A stretch of DNA of 64,000 nt from a bacterium (lineage in GTDB: Bacteria; UBA8248), in contig JAJDYR010000022.1 in NCBI GenBank assembly GCA_022825065.1, positions 97,021 through 161,020 of the forward strand, in the 5' to 3' direction. The notes below the pieces were generated by a model. It saw nothing but the letters and a program-made list of their open reading frames with translations. It was not told the DNA's origin and made no database searches. Shown here piece after piece: positions 39,959 through 49,009 of this stretch. Position 1 is the stretch's first letter. Each line of letters opens with the position of its first letter. Position numbers and translations under genes: made by a program.

Positions 39959-42478
39959 GTGCACCCCCTGCATCTGCTGGCGATTGGGTACATAGCGGGT
40001 TTGCTGACGGGCGGGCTTTCCTTGGACTTCGAGCGGGGAGACGCCGCCTCCACCTTGACCGCCGCGCTCGTTCTCGCCTTCTCGATCCTGCTCGCCTTGA
40101 GCCGCCGCATCCGGGGGAAGAGGCGGCGCGTCCTTGCGGCGCTCCTCCTGTTCCTGGGATTCGCCGCCTCTATCGCCGCCCCCGCGCTCCATCGCGGCGC
40201 CACGCCCGCGCATCACCTGCTGCGGCACATCCCCTACGAGCGCATGAACGTCACGGGCCATCTATCACGCCCCGTGGAGCGAAACGACGGCGAGACGCCC
40301 AGACCGCGCATCTACATCGACGCCGAGCGCGCCCTCATCCGGGGCGTCGAGGTTTCCATGACCGGCGTCGCGCGGATCACGCTGGCCTCGCGCCTCGAAA
40401 AGGTTCCAGAAGTCGGCGACAGGCTGCTCATCCGGCGCGTGCGTCTCGCCCCTCCCGAGCGCTTCAAGAACCCCGGCGCGTTCGACTACCGCGAATTCCT
40501 GCGCCTCCGGGGCGTCCATGCCGTCGGCTACAGTTCCGTGCGCAACCTCCACGTTTTAGAGCCGAGGGAGAAATGGGGCTGGCGGCGGCTTTTGTTTCAG
40601 TTCCGCGAGCGCATGAGCGCCCACATGAACGCCGTCTACCCCGAGCGCGCCGCCGGTCTCATCGAAGCGATGACCATCGGATTGCGAGATGGCATCGGCA
40701 CCGAACTCAAGGACGCCTTCAGGAGGTCGGGCGCGGCGCACCTGCTCGCCATCAGCGGTTTGCACGTGGGTTTCATCGCCGCTTTTTTCTTCTTCGCCCT
40801 GCTAGGCGTTCTGCGCAGACTCCCGCCCCGGGTTTTTCCCCTGCGCCCGTTCGTGCTCACGCCGTCCAAACTCGCATCGCTCGGCGTCATCCCCCTCGTG
40901 ATCCTCTTCGCGCTTTTGAGCGGCGCCCGGATATCCACCGTGCGCGCCACGATCATGATCGTCGCCTACCTCCTCACCCGGCTCCTGGAACGGCCGGGAA
41001 GCGCGATCCATTCCGTCCTGCTCGCCGCCCTGCTCATCCTGCTGGTCGAGCCCGGCTTCATCTGGGACGTGGGCTTCCAGCTCTCCTTCGTGGCGGTGAG
41101 CGCCATCATCCTGGCGGCGGACAGGCTCCCGCGGCCCGAGGCGCGCCTGAGGATATGGGAGAAAGCGTGGTGGCTGGCGCGGGCGCATCAACTCGCCATC
41201 ATCCAGTTGGTCGTCACCGCCGCGGTCACGCCGCTCACGGCGCTCCATTTCCATCAGGCGCATCCCATCGGCCTGATCGTGAACTTCCTGCTCATCCCCG
41301 TCGCATCGCTGCTCGTGCCTCTCTCCTTCGTGGCGAGCGCCCTCGCTGCGGTCCTGCCGGCGGGCGCGTCCGCTCTCCTGCTCCCCGCCACTTGGCTCAC
41401 CGGCGCCCTCGCTGGGTTCATGATCTCCGTTTCGACTTATTCCGCAGAAATCCCCTGGGCCAGCATCGTCGCGCCGAGCCCTCAGGTCTGGCTCATCGCC
41501 TCGATCTACGCCCTCATGGCTTTCGCCCTGCGCTCAAGGCGCGCGCGGAGGCGGCGGATCGCCTGGGCGGGCGTGTGCGGCCTGACGGTCTTCCTGCTCC
41601 TCCCCGACGCCGGCGCGCGGCCCGTGACGCCAAAGCGCACCACCCTGCTCCTGCCCGACGCCGGGAACGTGGACGCCTTTTTCCTGCGCCTGCCGGACGG
41701 AAAGGGCCTGGCGGTCGACGCCTCCGGCAAACGGACGGGCGGCTTCAACGCCTGGGGCAACGTGCTCGCTCCCCTGATGCGCCGGGAGAATGAAAGAGCC
41801 TGGCAAACCATGCTCAGCCTCTCCAGATATCCCAAAGAGCGACTCGCCGCGAACGCGTTCGCCTCGGGAATACGCGTCGAAAACTTGCTTCGCATCAGCG
41901 ACCTCGGCGCTTCGGCGCCTTATCGTTCCCGCTTCAGAAAGCGGCGCCATTCTCCCCGCACCATCTGGCGGATGAGCGGAGGCGGGGCGCGGGTTTCCCT
42001 GCGTTCCTGGGGAAGAGGCGCGACGGGCTTCGAGGTCGAAAACCCCCGCTCACGCTGGCTGCTCATGCTGCCCTCGAAATTCCCGGCTTTCGACGCCAGG
42101 TGGTTCCGGGGGAAGAGATACGACCTCGTGCGCCTGCCGGAGAACCTGCTCAGAAAACGGGAAGTGCTCGACTGGCTCGAAGCGCGTCCGCCCCGCGCCG
42201 TCGTGGCCGCTCCCCAAAGGGTGAAATGGATGCGGGCCGACCTGTGGCGGGAAACGAGGAGACGGCAGAGAAGACTGGGAGTCTATCGCCCCTGGCGCGG
42301 CGGGATGCTCCGCGTCCGGTCGGGCGGCGAAGGTGATACGGCGCGCATTTCCGTGGAGCGATACCGCGCCGCCGAAGCCTGGCCGGGCAGCGAGGCGGCC
42401 GGGTGGCGCGCGTTCCGCAGAAGCTTCGCCCCTGAATTTTCAAGCCGCGAAAAATGGAAACGACGCGCCGCCCGCTAG
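39959..42478 (+). CDS. comEC: DNA internalisation-related competence protein ComEC/Rec2. GTG start. The C-terminal metallo-beta-lactamase-like domain appears degenerate.
   Basis: N-terminal TM/DUF4131-like region. Competence domain 'AAHLLAISGLHVGFIAAFFFFALL...RISTVRATIMIVAYLL'. C-terminal 'LLPDAGNVDAFFLRLPDGKGLAVDASG...EVLDWLEARPP...LGVYRPWRGGMLRVRSGG' matches the ComEC MBL-domain framework, but no HxHxDH / HHGS His motifs are recognisable. Confidence 0.7.
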   Translation: MHPLHLLAIGYIAGLLTGGLSLDFERGDAASTLTAALVLAFSILLALSRRIRGKRRRVLAALLLFLGFAASIAAPALHRGATPAHHLLRHIPYERMNVTGHLSRPVERNDGETPRPRIYIDAERALIRGVEVSMTGVARITLASRLEKVPEVGDRLLIRRVRLAPPERFKNPGAFDYREFLRLRGVHAVGYSSVRNLHVLEPREKWGWRRLLFQFRERMSAHMNAVYPERAAGLIEAMTIGLRDGIGTELKDAFRRSGAAHLLAISGLHVGFIAAFFFFALLGVLRRLPPRVFPLRPFVLTPSKLASLGVIPLVILFALLSGARISTVRATIMIVAYLLTRLLERPGSAIHSVLLAALLILLVEPGFIWDVGFQLSFVAVSAIILAADRLPRPEARLRIWEKAWWLARAHQLAIIQLVVTAAVTPLTALHFHQAHPIGLIVNFLLIPVASLLVPLSFVASALAAVLPAGASALLLPATWLTGALAGFMISVSTYSAEIPWASIVAPSPQVWLIASIYALMAFALRSRRARRRRIAWAGVCGLTVFLLLPDAGARPVTPKRTTLLLPDAGNVDAFFLRLPDGKGLAVDASGKRTGGFNAWGNVLAPLMRRENERAWQTMLSLSRYPKERLAANAFASGIRVENLLRISDLGASAPYRSRFRKRRHSPRTIWRMSGGGARVSLRSWGRGATGFEVENPRSRWLLMLPSKFPAFDARWFRGKRYDLVRLPENLLRKREVLDWLEARPPRAVVAAPQRVKWMRADLWRETRRRQRRLGVYRPWRGGMLRVRSGGEGDTARISVERYRAAEAWPGSEAAGWRAFRRSFAPEFSSREKWKRRAAR

Positions 42479-42537
42479 CGGTGAGACCAACCCGCGCGTT
42501 TAGGGGCTGCTGACAGGTCCCTTTTTCGGGGGATAAA

Positions 42538-42640
42538 GGCACCCCCCCTACCCCCCCTTGTCAGGGGGGCAAGAAAAAACAAAACCCCTCAGCCCGGCGG
42601 TGGGCGTTGCCTTTTTATACCCCCGGACAAGGGGTTGTCG
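42538..42640. repeat. Family-A MITE-like element, copy A2 (right TIR degenerate/truncated)
   Basis: 'GGCACCCCCCCTACCCCCCCTTGTCAGGGGGGcaagaaaaaacaaaacccctcagcccggcgg...cctttttataCCCCCGGACAAGGGGTTG'. Confidence 0.7.
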
Positions 42641-42674
42641 AAAAAATCATCCTCGGTCGGAAATGACCACTGCC

Positions 42675-42812
42675 GTCATTCCGGCGAAAGCCGGAATCCA
42701 TTTTATCGCAGAATGACAATACCCTGGCTTTTCATTTCTCTGTCATTGGCGAGAATCAATCAGGAAATAAAAACAAAGGCAAAAAATGGATTCCGGCTTT
42801 CGCCGGAATGAC
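42675..42812. repeat. Family-B TIR element, copy B1. TIRs are GTCATTCCGGCGAAAGCCGGAATCCATT ... AATGGATTCCGGCTTTCGCCGGAATGAC. It translates as 'VIPAKAGIH' in spurious ORFs.
   Basis: Read directly. The internal AT-rich segment is the reverse complement of the B3 internal segment. Confidence 0.8.
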
Positions 42813-42899
42813 GAACAAAACCGCCCTGTCTCGTCGGGGCAGGCGGTATTGGGGGTTACGCGGCAGTCCCTCTTCCTACCCGCACGGATGGCCATAAAA

Positions 42900-43005
42900 C
42901 CTCATCCTGAGTAGGCGCGTAAGCGCCGTATCGAAGGATGGGGGCGTCTCCCGACGCACGAGAGGGCATCCTTCGATACGCGGCTCCGCCGCTACTCAGG
43001 ATGAG
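42900..43005. repeat. Long imperfect hairpin (about 106 nt) downstream of the TPP-enzyme gene. Arms are CCTCATCCTGAGTAG...GCGCCGTATCGAAGGATG and CATCCTTCGATACGCGGC...CTACTCAGGATGAG.
   Basis: Inverted-repeat arms read directly. Single copy in the window. Confidence 0.55.
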
Positions 43006-43049
43006 AGAGATGTGAAGACTTTTTCAACAGCCCCGTTTAAGGCGCAGGC

Positions 43050-44795
43050 TCAAGATTCCGCGTCGGGCGGCGGAGCCGTGGCGGCCCCGCCCCGGAAGGA
43101 TTTCACCGTCCGCGTCCACCGGGAGGAAAGCACGTCCCGGTCAATGGGACAGTCGATGACGTGAACGCCACCCCCCGACTGCGCATCGCGGATGGCGCTC
43201 CCCAACCCCTCCGCCGATTCCACCCGATGGCCATGCGCGCCGAAAGCGCGAGCGAGACTCGGGAAATCGGGGTTGTTGAGCGAGGTGGCGATGTAGCGCT
43301 CATTGAACACGTGCTTTTGCGAGTGCCTGAGCGCGTTGTATTCCCCGTCGTTGAAAATAAGATAGGTGACGGACAAACCGAGCGCCGTCGCCGTGGCGAG
43401 CTCACCGCAGGTCATGGTGAAGCTCCCGTCTCCCACGATCGCGCACACCGGCCGCTCGGGCGCGCCGAGCTTCGCCCCGATAGCCGCGCCTATGGCGTAG
43501 CCCATCGACTGGTAGGCTTCCGAGAGCAGGATGCTCCGGGGGCGGTGAATCGTAAACGCCTGCTCCATGAGCCAGCTCTGGGTGGCGGAGGAATCGGAGA
43601 TGAAAATCGTATCGGGCGAGGTGTTCTCGCGCAGCGTCTTCATCACGAAAAGACCGTGGAAGGGCGGCTCGGCCGGTTGCGCCAAAAACGAGCGCAGCCT
43701 CTCCTCATAGCGCCTTTTCCCCTCGCGCACGCGGACGTGACCTTCGGTAAGCGCAGTATCTTCTGCGTCCGAGATTCTCCTGAGCAGGCCATCGAGCGCG
43801 GGCTTGAGATCACTCACCAAGCCCACCGATGCCGGGTAATTGCGCCCGACCCGCTCGGGGTCGATGTCGATCTGAACGAGATTCTTCGGCATCGGCGCCT
43901 TGAAGTAAAAGGTGGCGAACTGCCCGAAGCCCGTGCCTAAGGCCAGACACGAATCCGCCTCTTCGAGCATCTCCTCACAGCCCAGGAAATGCACGAGGCC
44001 GAAGGAGAGCGGGTCGGCTTCGGAGAGAATCCCCCTCCCCTTCACGGAGGTGACGACGGGCGCGCCGAGCTTCGAAGCCAGAAGCTGCACTTCTCTTTCG
44101 CAGCGGGCGGTCACCACGCCGTTTCCCGCATAGATCACCGGACGTCTGGCCGCCAGGAGCGATTCTGCGATCTCATCGAGCGCGCGCTCATCGACGGGCG
44201 GCGGGGACGGCGGCCCTTCGAATTCGGGCCCTACGATCACCCGCTCCTCTTCGGCTTGGAACAGGTCCGCCTTCATCACCACCTGCACGGGCCCCGGCCT
44301 TCCCGCCTCCGCCCAGCGGAACGCGGCCTCAATAGCGGGCGCGATGCCTGCGACAGAATCGGGCGTGAACGATTTCTTGACGCAGCCGGCGAGCGCCTTT
44401 TCCATATCCACGTCGTGGATGGCGCTCCTGTTCCGCATGTTGTCGGCGAGGGTGGCCGTCACCGCGACGACGGGAACGGCATCCTCATAAGCGGAGCGAA
44501 GCGCGGTGGCGAGGTTCGTGCCGCCCGGCCCCGGCACGGTGAAGACCACGCCCGTCTTCCCGGACACCTTGGCGTAGCCGTCCGCCGCGAAGCCCGCCCC
44601 CTGTTCGTGGCGCGTGACGACCGGCACAGCGCCCGCCCCGTCGATCATCGCGTCGTAGACCGGCAGCGTGAGCGTGCCCGGAATACCAAAGATGTATTCC
44701 ACGCCCCTCGCATGAAGCGCATCGAGCAGGACCTGCGATCCGTTTCGCGCCACCTGAGACTCCTCCGGTTTCCTCATAGAAACAAAGCCCGCCAA
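43050..44795 (-). CDS. Thiamine-pyrophosphate-dependent enzyme (acetolactate-synthase large-subunit-like). Solitary: no ilvN/ilvH small subunit adjacent.
   Basis: 'VLLDALHARGVEYIFGIPGTLTLPVYDAM...', TPP-binding region 'GDGSFTMTCGELATA'. 581 aa. Confidence 0.75.
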   Translation of the reverse strand: MAGFVSMRKPEESQVARNGSQVLLDALHARGVEYIFGIPGTLTLPVYDAMIDGAGAVPVVTRHEQGAGFAADGYAKVSGKTGVVFTVPGPGGTNLATALRSAYEDAVPVVAVTATLADNMRNRSAIHDVDMEKALAGCVKKSFTPDSVAGIAPAIEAAFRWAEAGRPGPVQVVMKADLFQAEEERVIVGPEFEGPPSPPPVDERALDEIAESLLAARRPVIYAGNGVVTARCEREVQLLASKLGAPVVTSVKGRGILSEADPLSFGLVHFLGCEEMLEEADSCLALGTGFGQFATFYFKAPMPKNLVQIDIDPERVGRNYPASVGLVSDLKPALDGLLRRISDAEDTALTEGHVRVREGKRRYEERLRSFLAQPAEPPFHGLFVMKTLRENTSPDTIFISDSSATQSWLMEQAFTIHRPRSILLSEAYQSMGYAIGAAIGAKLGAPERPVCAIVGDGSFTMTCGELATATALGLSVTYLIFNDGEYNALRHSQKHVFNERYIATSLNNPDFPSLARAFGAHGHRVESAEGLGSAIRDAQSGGGVHVIDCPIDRDVLSSRWTRTVKSFRGGAATAPPPDAES

Positions 44796-45124
44796 AGCTA
44801 GGCGGCATCCGCGCGCGTGTCAACTTCCATACCCGTTTGCGCGCGCGGGGCCGATGGACTACCTTCTCGACTGATTCATTCGGGCGCACATGACGGGAGG
44901 CGGCGGTAGAGATTGTCGGGGTTCACAGCGAACAAGCCCGGCAGCGCGGGGTTGTTGAAAAGCCCTCTTGAGGAGGTCGAGTTTCTCCGCCTCGGAAAAC
45001 CCGGCGGCAAAACGAGCAAAAGCGGGATTCACTCCCTCATTGAGGGAGCTGTTGAAAAAGCCCTGACTTCGTGATTCGGCGTATGAAACCGGCCGGGGAG
45101 GGAGGGTTTGACACGATGGAATTG

Positions 45125-45152
45125 TAGGGGCGGTTTGCGAACCGCCCCTACG
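45125..45152. repeat. Family-C REP-like palindrome GTAGGGGCGGTTTGCGAACCGCCCCTAC (copy C1). It abuts the left end of B2.
   Basis: Perfect 28-bp palindrome read directly. Related copies at 54489..54516 and 50769..50792. Confidence 0.75.
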
Positions 45153-45172
45153 GGCGGATGCGGTTTTGATCG

Positions 45173-45307
45173 TCATTCCGGCGAAAGCCGGAATCCATTT
45201 GCGGATGCGGGTGAATGAACGGCGGCGTTTCATTCCCCGCCGATGCGCAAGAACCCTGACGAAAGGCAAAAAGCATAAAATGGATTCCGGCTTTCGCCGG
45301 AATGACG
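45173..45307. repeat. Family-B TIR element, copy B2
   Basis: Same 28-bp TIRs as B1 and B3, with a different internal segment. Confidence 0.8.
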
Positions 45308-45396
45308 GGGTGGCCAATTCCGAGCGAGGAGGGGTTTTTCAACAACCCTCTCAAGGGGGGAGTGATGCCGACTCTCAGCCGGGCGGCGGGCGCAGA

Positions 45397-46158
45397 ATGG
45401 AGAAAGCGATGTTCAGCCAACAGGCGATAGACGCTCTCAAAGACGCGGAATCGGTGGTCGTCCTCACCGGGGCGGGCGTGAGTGCGGAGAGCGGCGTGCC
45501 CACCTTCCGGGGAGCGGGCGGCCTGTGGCGCGAGTACAGCGCCACCTCGCTGGCGACGCCCGAGGCCTTTCGCGCCGACCCGAAGCTCGTCTGGGAGTTT
45601 TACAACTACCGCCGCGAGGTGCTGGAACCCCTGGCGCCCAACCCGGGACACTACGCCATCGCCTCGCTGGAGGAGCGCTTCGAGCGCTTCACCCTCATCA
45701 CGCAGAACATCGACAACTTGCACCGCGTCGCCGGGACGAGGGAGATCGTGGAGCTGCACGGCAACATCTGGCGCGTTCGCTGCACGAACCTGGGCTGTGA
45801 GCGCTACACGCTCGCGTGGGAGAACCGCGACGTGCCGATCGACCCCCTGCCGCCAAAGTGCGAGGCGTGCGAGAGCCTCCTGCGCCCCCACGTGGTGTGG
45901 TTCGGCGAGATGCTCGACCCCGAGCAGTTGCGCCGGGCGCTCGTTGCGGTGGATGATTGCGATTACCTGATCGTGGCGGGCACGTCCGCCGCGGTGCAGC
46001 CGGCCGCCTCCATGCCCATGACGGCCTCGCGGGGCGGCGCGTTCGTGCTCGAGGTGAACCCCGAGCCGACGGACATCAGCCCGTACATGAGCGAGGCGGT
46101 GCAGGAGCCCTCGGGCGTCGCCCTGCCCCGCCTGCTCGAAGCGGCTCTTGGAGGATAG
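45397..46158 (+). CDS. NAD-dependent protein deacylase, Sir2 family (CobB-like). Start at internal ATG 45397. The tracked ORF begins at 45166, inside repeat B2.
   Basis: 'VVVLTGAGVSAESGVPTFRG', 'QNIDNLHRVAG', Zn ribbon 'CTNLGCERY...CEAC'. Confidence 0.8.
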   Translation: MEKAMFSQQAIDALKDAESVVVLTGAGVSAESGVPTFRGAGGLWREYSATSLATPEAFRADPKLVWEFYNYRREVLEPLAPNPGHYAIASLEERFERFTLITQNIDNLHRVAGTREIVELHGNIWRVRCTNLGCERYTLAWENRDVPIDPLPPKCEACESLLRPHVVWFGEMLDPEQLRRALVAVDDCDYLIVAGTSAAVQPAASMPMTASRGGAFVLEVNPEPTDISPYMSEAVQEPSGVALPRLLEAALGG

Positions 46159-46160
46159 TG

Positions 46161-47423
46161 ATGGCGCGGCCCAGACTGACGGCGGTGCGCGGCGTGAAAG
46201 ACGTCCTGCCCGAAGAATCTTCGAGGTGGCAGGGAGCCGAACGACTGGCGCGGGAGATTTTCGCGCGCTACGGCTACGGGGAGATAAGAGTGCCCGTGTT
46301 CGAGCGCACGGAGCTCTTCGCGCGCGGCATCGGCGAGGAGACCGACATCGTCTCCAAGGAGATGTATACCTTCGAAGACAAGGGGGGCGACTCCATCACG
46401 CTGCGCCCCGAGGCGACCGCCTCGATCTGCCGCGCCTACGCCCAACACGGCCTCCACAACCGAGCGAGCGTCTCGAAGCTCTTCTGCATCGGCCCCATGT
46501 TCCGCTACGAGCGCCCCCAGGCGGGCCGCCTGCGGCAGTTCCACCAGATAGACGCGGAAGTGTTCGGAACGGTGGACCCGGCGGTCGACGCCGAACTCAT
46601 CGTGATGCTCATGGAATTTCTCGATAAAATGGGCGTCGAGGGTCTGGCGCTCCAGATCAACAACCTGGGCGATGCGGAATGCCGCCCGGCCTACGCCGCC
46701 GCCCTTCAGGAATATCTCAGAGCAGAAACGAAGCACCTGGGCGCCGAAATCGCCGAACGGGTCGAACGCAACCCGCTTCGCTTTCTGGACAGCAAGAACC
46801 CGGACCACCAGGAGATCATCGCGCGCGCGCCGAGGATAGACGCGTTCTGGAACGAAACGTGCCGGGCGCATCTGGAGAGCGTATGCCGGCTCATCGAGAG
46901 CGCGGGCGTCGCGTATGAGATCAACCCGAGGCTCGTCCGCGGCCTCGACTACTACTGCCTCACCGTCTTCGAGGTGACGAGCGAGAGCCTGGGGGCGCAG
47001 AACGCGGTGTGCGGCGGAGGGCGCTACGACGGCCTCATGGAAGAGCTGGGCGGCCCGCCCACGCCGGGTATCGGCTTCGCGGTCGGCGTGGAGCGTCTCC
47101 TGCAACTGGCGGGAGAAAAGGCCCCGGCCCAGAATGAGGATATCCAAGCCTACATCGTCGCACTCGGCGACGCCGCGCAAGCCCAAGTATTCGAACTCGC
47201 TGCCGAACTGCGCGCAGGGGGGATTCGCACCGAACGCTCCTTCGGCGGAGGCAGCATGAAAAGCCAGATGAAGCGCGCCGACCGCTCGGGTGCGGCGTTC
47301 GTGCTCCTGCTGGGCGACGACGAGGCCGCCAAGGGGGTGGTGAGCGTCCGCCACATGAAAGAGAGTCGACAGACGGAAGTGAAGCGAGAGGAAGCGTTAG
47401 ATTACATAAAAGGCAATTTATGA
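46161..47423 (+). CDS. hisS: Histidine--tRNA ligase. Start at ATG 46161, 2 nt after the Sir2 stop.
   Basis: 'MARPRLTAVRGVKDVLPEES...', 'MFRYERPQAGRLRQFHQIDAEVFG', 'GGGRYDGL'. Confidence 0.9.
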   Translation: MARPRLTAVRGVKDVLPEESSRWQGAERLAREIFARYGYGEIRVPVFERTELFARGIGEETDIVSKEMYTFEDKGGDSITLRPEATASICRAYAQHGLHNRASVSKLFCIGPMFRYERPQAGRLRQFHQIDAEVFGTVDPAVDAELIVMLMEFLDKMGVEGLALQINNLGDAECRPAYAAALQEYLRAETKHLGAEIAERVERNPLRFLDSKNPDHQEIIARAPRIDAFWNETCRAHLESVCRLIESAGVAYEINPRLVRGLDYYCLTVFEVTSESLGAQNAVCGGGRYDGLMEELGGPPTPGIGFAVGVERLLQLAGEKAPAQNEDIQAYIVALGDAAQAQVFELAAELRAGGIRTERSFGGGSMKSQMKRADRSGAAFVLLLGDDEAAKGVVSVRHMKESRQTEVKREEALDYIKGNL

Positions 47424-47464
47424 TTTAACAACAAATATTTGCAAGTTATTATTAAAGTCGATTC

Positions 47465-48397
47465 TTAATTGTTGCAGAGCCATTCATACACGCTGATGAC
47501 CCCCACCTCGCTGAACCCCAGCTCCTGATAGAACGCGCGCACGTCCTGATCTTCGGCGGAGACGATGAGTTCGAGCGCCTCCGCGCCGCACGCCAGCGCC
47601 CTCCGGGCGGACGCCTGAATCAGCAGGCGGCCAAGGCCGCGTCTGCGGTGAGCGGGCATGACGCCGATGTCGGGGATGTAGACGGCTTTATCGCCCGCAG
47701 CCAAACGGCTCGGGTCGACGGCCAGTATCGCCATCCCCGCCCCCTCGGGGCCTCCCGGCTCGCCACCCAGGTATTCGAAGATGAACGAATTTTCCGGGCG
47801 CGTGTCCGGCGCGTCGTACCAGGCGGTGATCGTCTCGGCGGTGTGCGGCGTGAAGTTCCACATGTCCGGGAAAATCCCGTTGAAAAGATCGGCGAGGTAT
47901 CGCGCATCGCCGGGCAGGGCCGCCGCGCGAAGCCGGTAGCCCGCCGGCAGGCGTGGTTCTCCCAACTCCGTGAGCGCGTCATGCTTCAGGAAGCGGAGGT
48001 CGCGCACTTTCCGCCCGCCGCTCAGGTATATGAAACGCCCCGGCAGCGAGACGGGCAGATACGCCCAGATGCCGCCCAGGCCGTTTTCGCGCGCTTCGGC
48101 GAGGGCCGCCTCCAGCAGATGCCGGGCGTAGCCCGCCTTTCTGGCCTCGGGCCGAACGAAAAGGGCGTCGATGCAGGCCCTGTTCCTCGCCCTCGCCTCC
48201 CGGTTCACCACCATGCGGCAATAGCCGGCCGGGGTCTCGCCGCCCTCTCCCGGCCAGGCGAGCCAGACCTTCGTGCCCGGCGCGCCGAAACCGGCATCCA
48301 CCTCCTCGGGCGAAAGCCCGAAAGCCTCCGCCGCCAGGGCGGTCAGCGCATGGTGGTGCTCCGGCCCGATGCGCTCCACCCTAGCCCCGGTGGACAT
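47465..48397 (-). CDS. GNAT-family N-acetyltransferase with two tandem GNAT domains
   Basis: Two acetyl-CoA-binding-like segments: 'VRPEARKAGYARHLLEAALAEARENG' and 'VMPAHRRRGLGRLLIQASARRALACGAEAL'. Confidence 0.6.
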   Translation of the reverse strand: MSTGARVERIGPEHHHALTALAAEAFGLSPEEVDAGFGAPGTKVWLAWPGEGGETPAGYCRMVVNREARARNRACIDALFVRPEARKAGYARHLLEAALAEARENGLGGIWAYLPVSLPGRFIYLSGGRKVRDLRFLKHDALTELGEPRLPAGYRLRAAALPGDARYLADLFNGIFPDMWNFTPHTAETITAWYDAPDTRPENSFIFEYLGGEPGGPEGAGMAILAVDPSRLAAGDKAVYIPDIGVMPAHRRRGLGRLLIQASARRALACGAEALELIVSAEDQDVRAFYQELGFSEVGVISVYEWLCNN

Positions 48398-48773
48398 GGA
48401 TCTTTCCCTCTTCGATCATCTTTTCGAACTTCCGCATCAGCCAGCCCCGCACCACGGCCCGCACGGCGGGGACCATGAGGGCGAAACCGGCGGCGTCCGT
48501 CAGGAGGCCGGGCGTCAGGAGCAGCACGCCGCCCACGAGCACCATCGCGCCCTCGACCATCTCGGCCCCGGGAAGCCTCCCCTCCGCCATTTCCGCCTGG
48601 ATGCGCGATACCACGTAAAACCCCTGGGTTCTCGCCGCCCACGCGCCGAGCGCGCCGGTGAGGATGACGACCCCCAGCGTCGGGGCCAGACCGATGGAGG
48701 TTCCCAGATCGATGAGAATCATCAGTTCGATGATGGGGATGAGCGTGAAGAGCAGGAACAGTTTGAAGATCAA
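48381..48773 (-). CDS. fxsA: FxsA family membrane protein
   Basis: 'MIFKLFLLFTLIPIIELMILIDLGTSIG...GGVLLLTPGLLTDAAGFALMVPAVR'. Confidence 0.7.
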   Translation of the reverse strand: MIFKLFLLFTLIPIIELMILIDLGTSIGLAPTLGVVILTGALGAWAARTQGFYVVSRIQAEMAEGRLPGAEMVEGAMVLVGGVLLLTPGLLTDAAGFALMVPAVRAVVRGWLMRKFEKMIEEGKIHVHRG

Positions 48774-49009
48774 GAGGCCTCTCCTTCGCGGCGCATTTCG
48801 CGGATTTTAGCATGAGTGCAGGCGAGATGGGTATATGGGATTCTCGTGGAGAGTGAGGAGAATAAACCGGACTGGCGTGAGAAATCCCGGCGCGCGAAAC
48901 GCGGGCGGCCTCTTTTCAGGGCGGATGAAAAGCCTTACAGTCCTATGGCGCATTTCATACATCCACTCGATGCGGCCATCGCACCGATGAGACGGAAGGA
49001 GGCTCAGAC

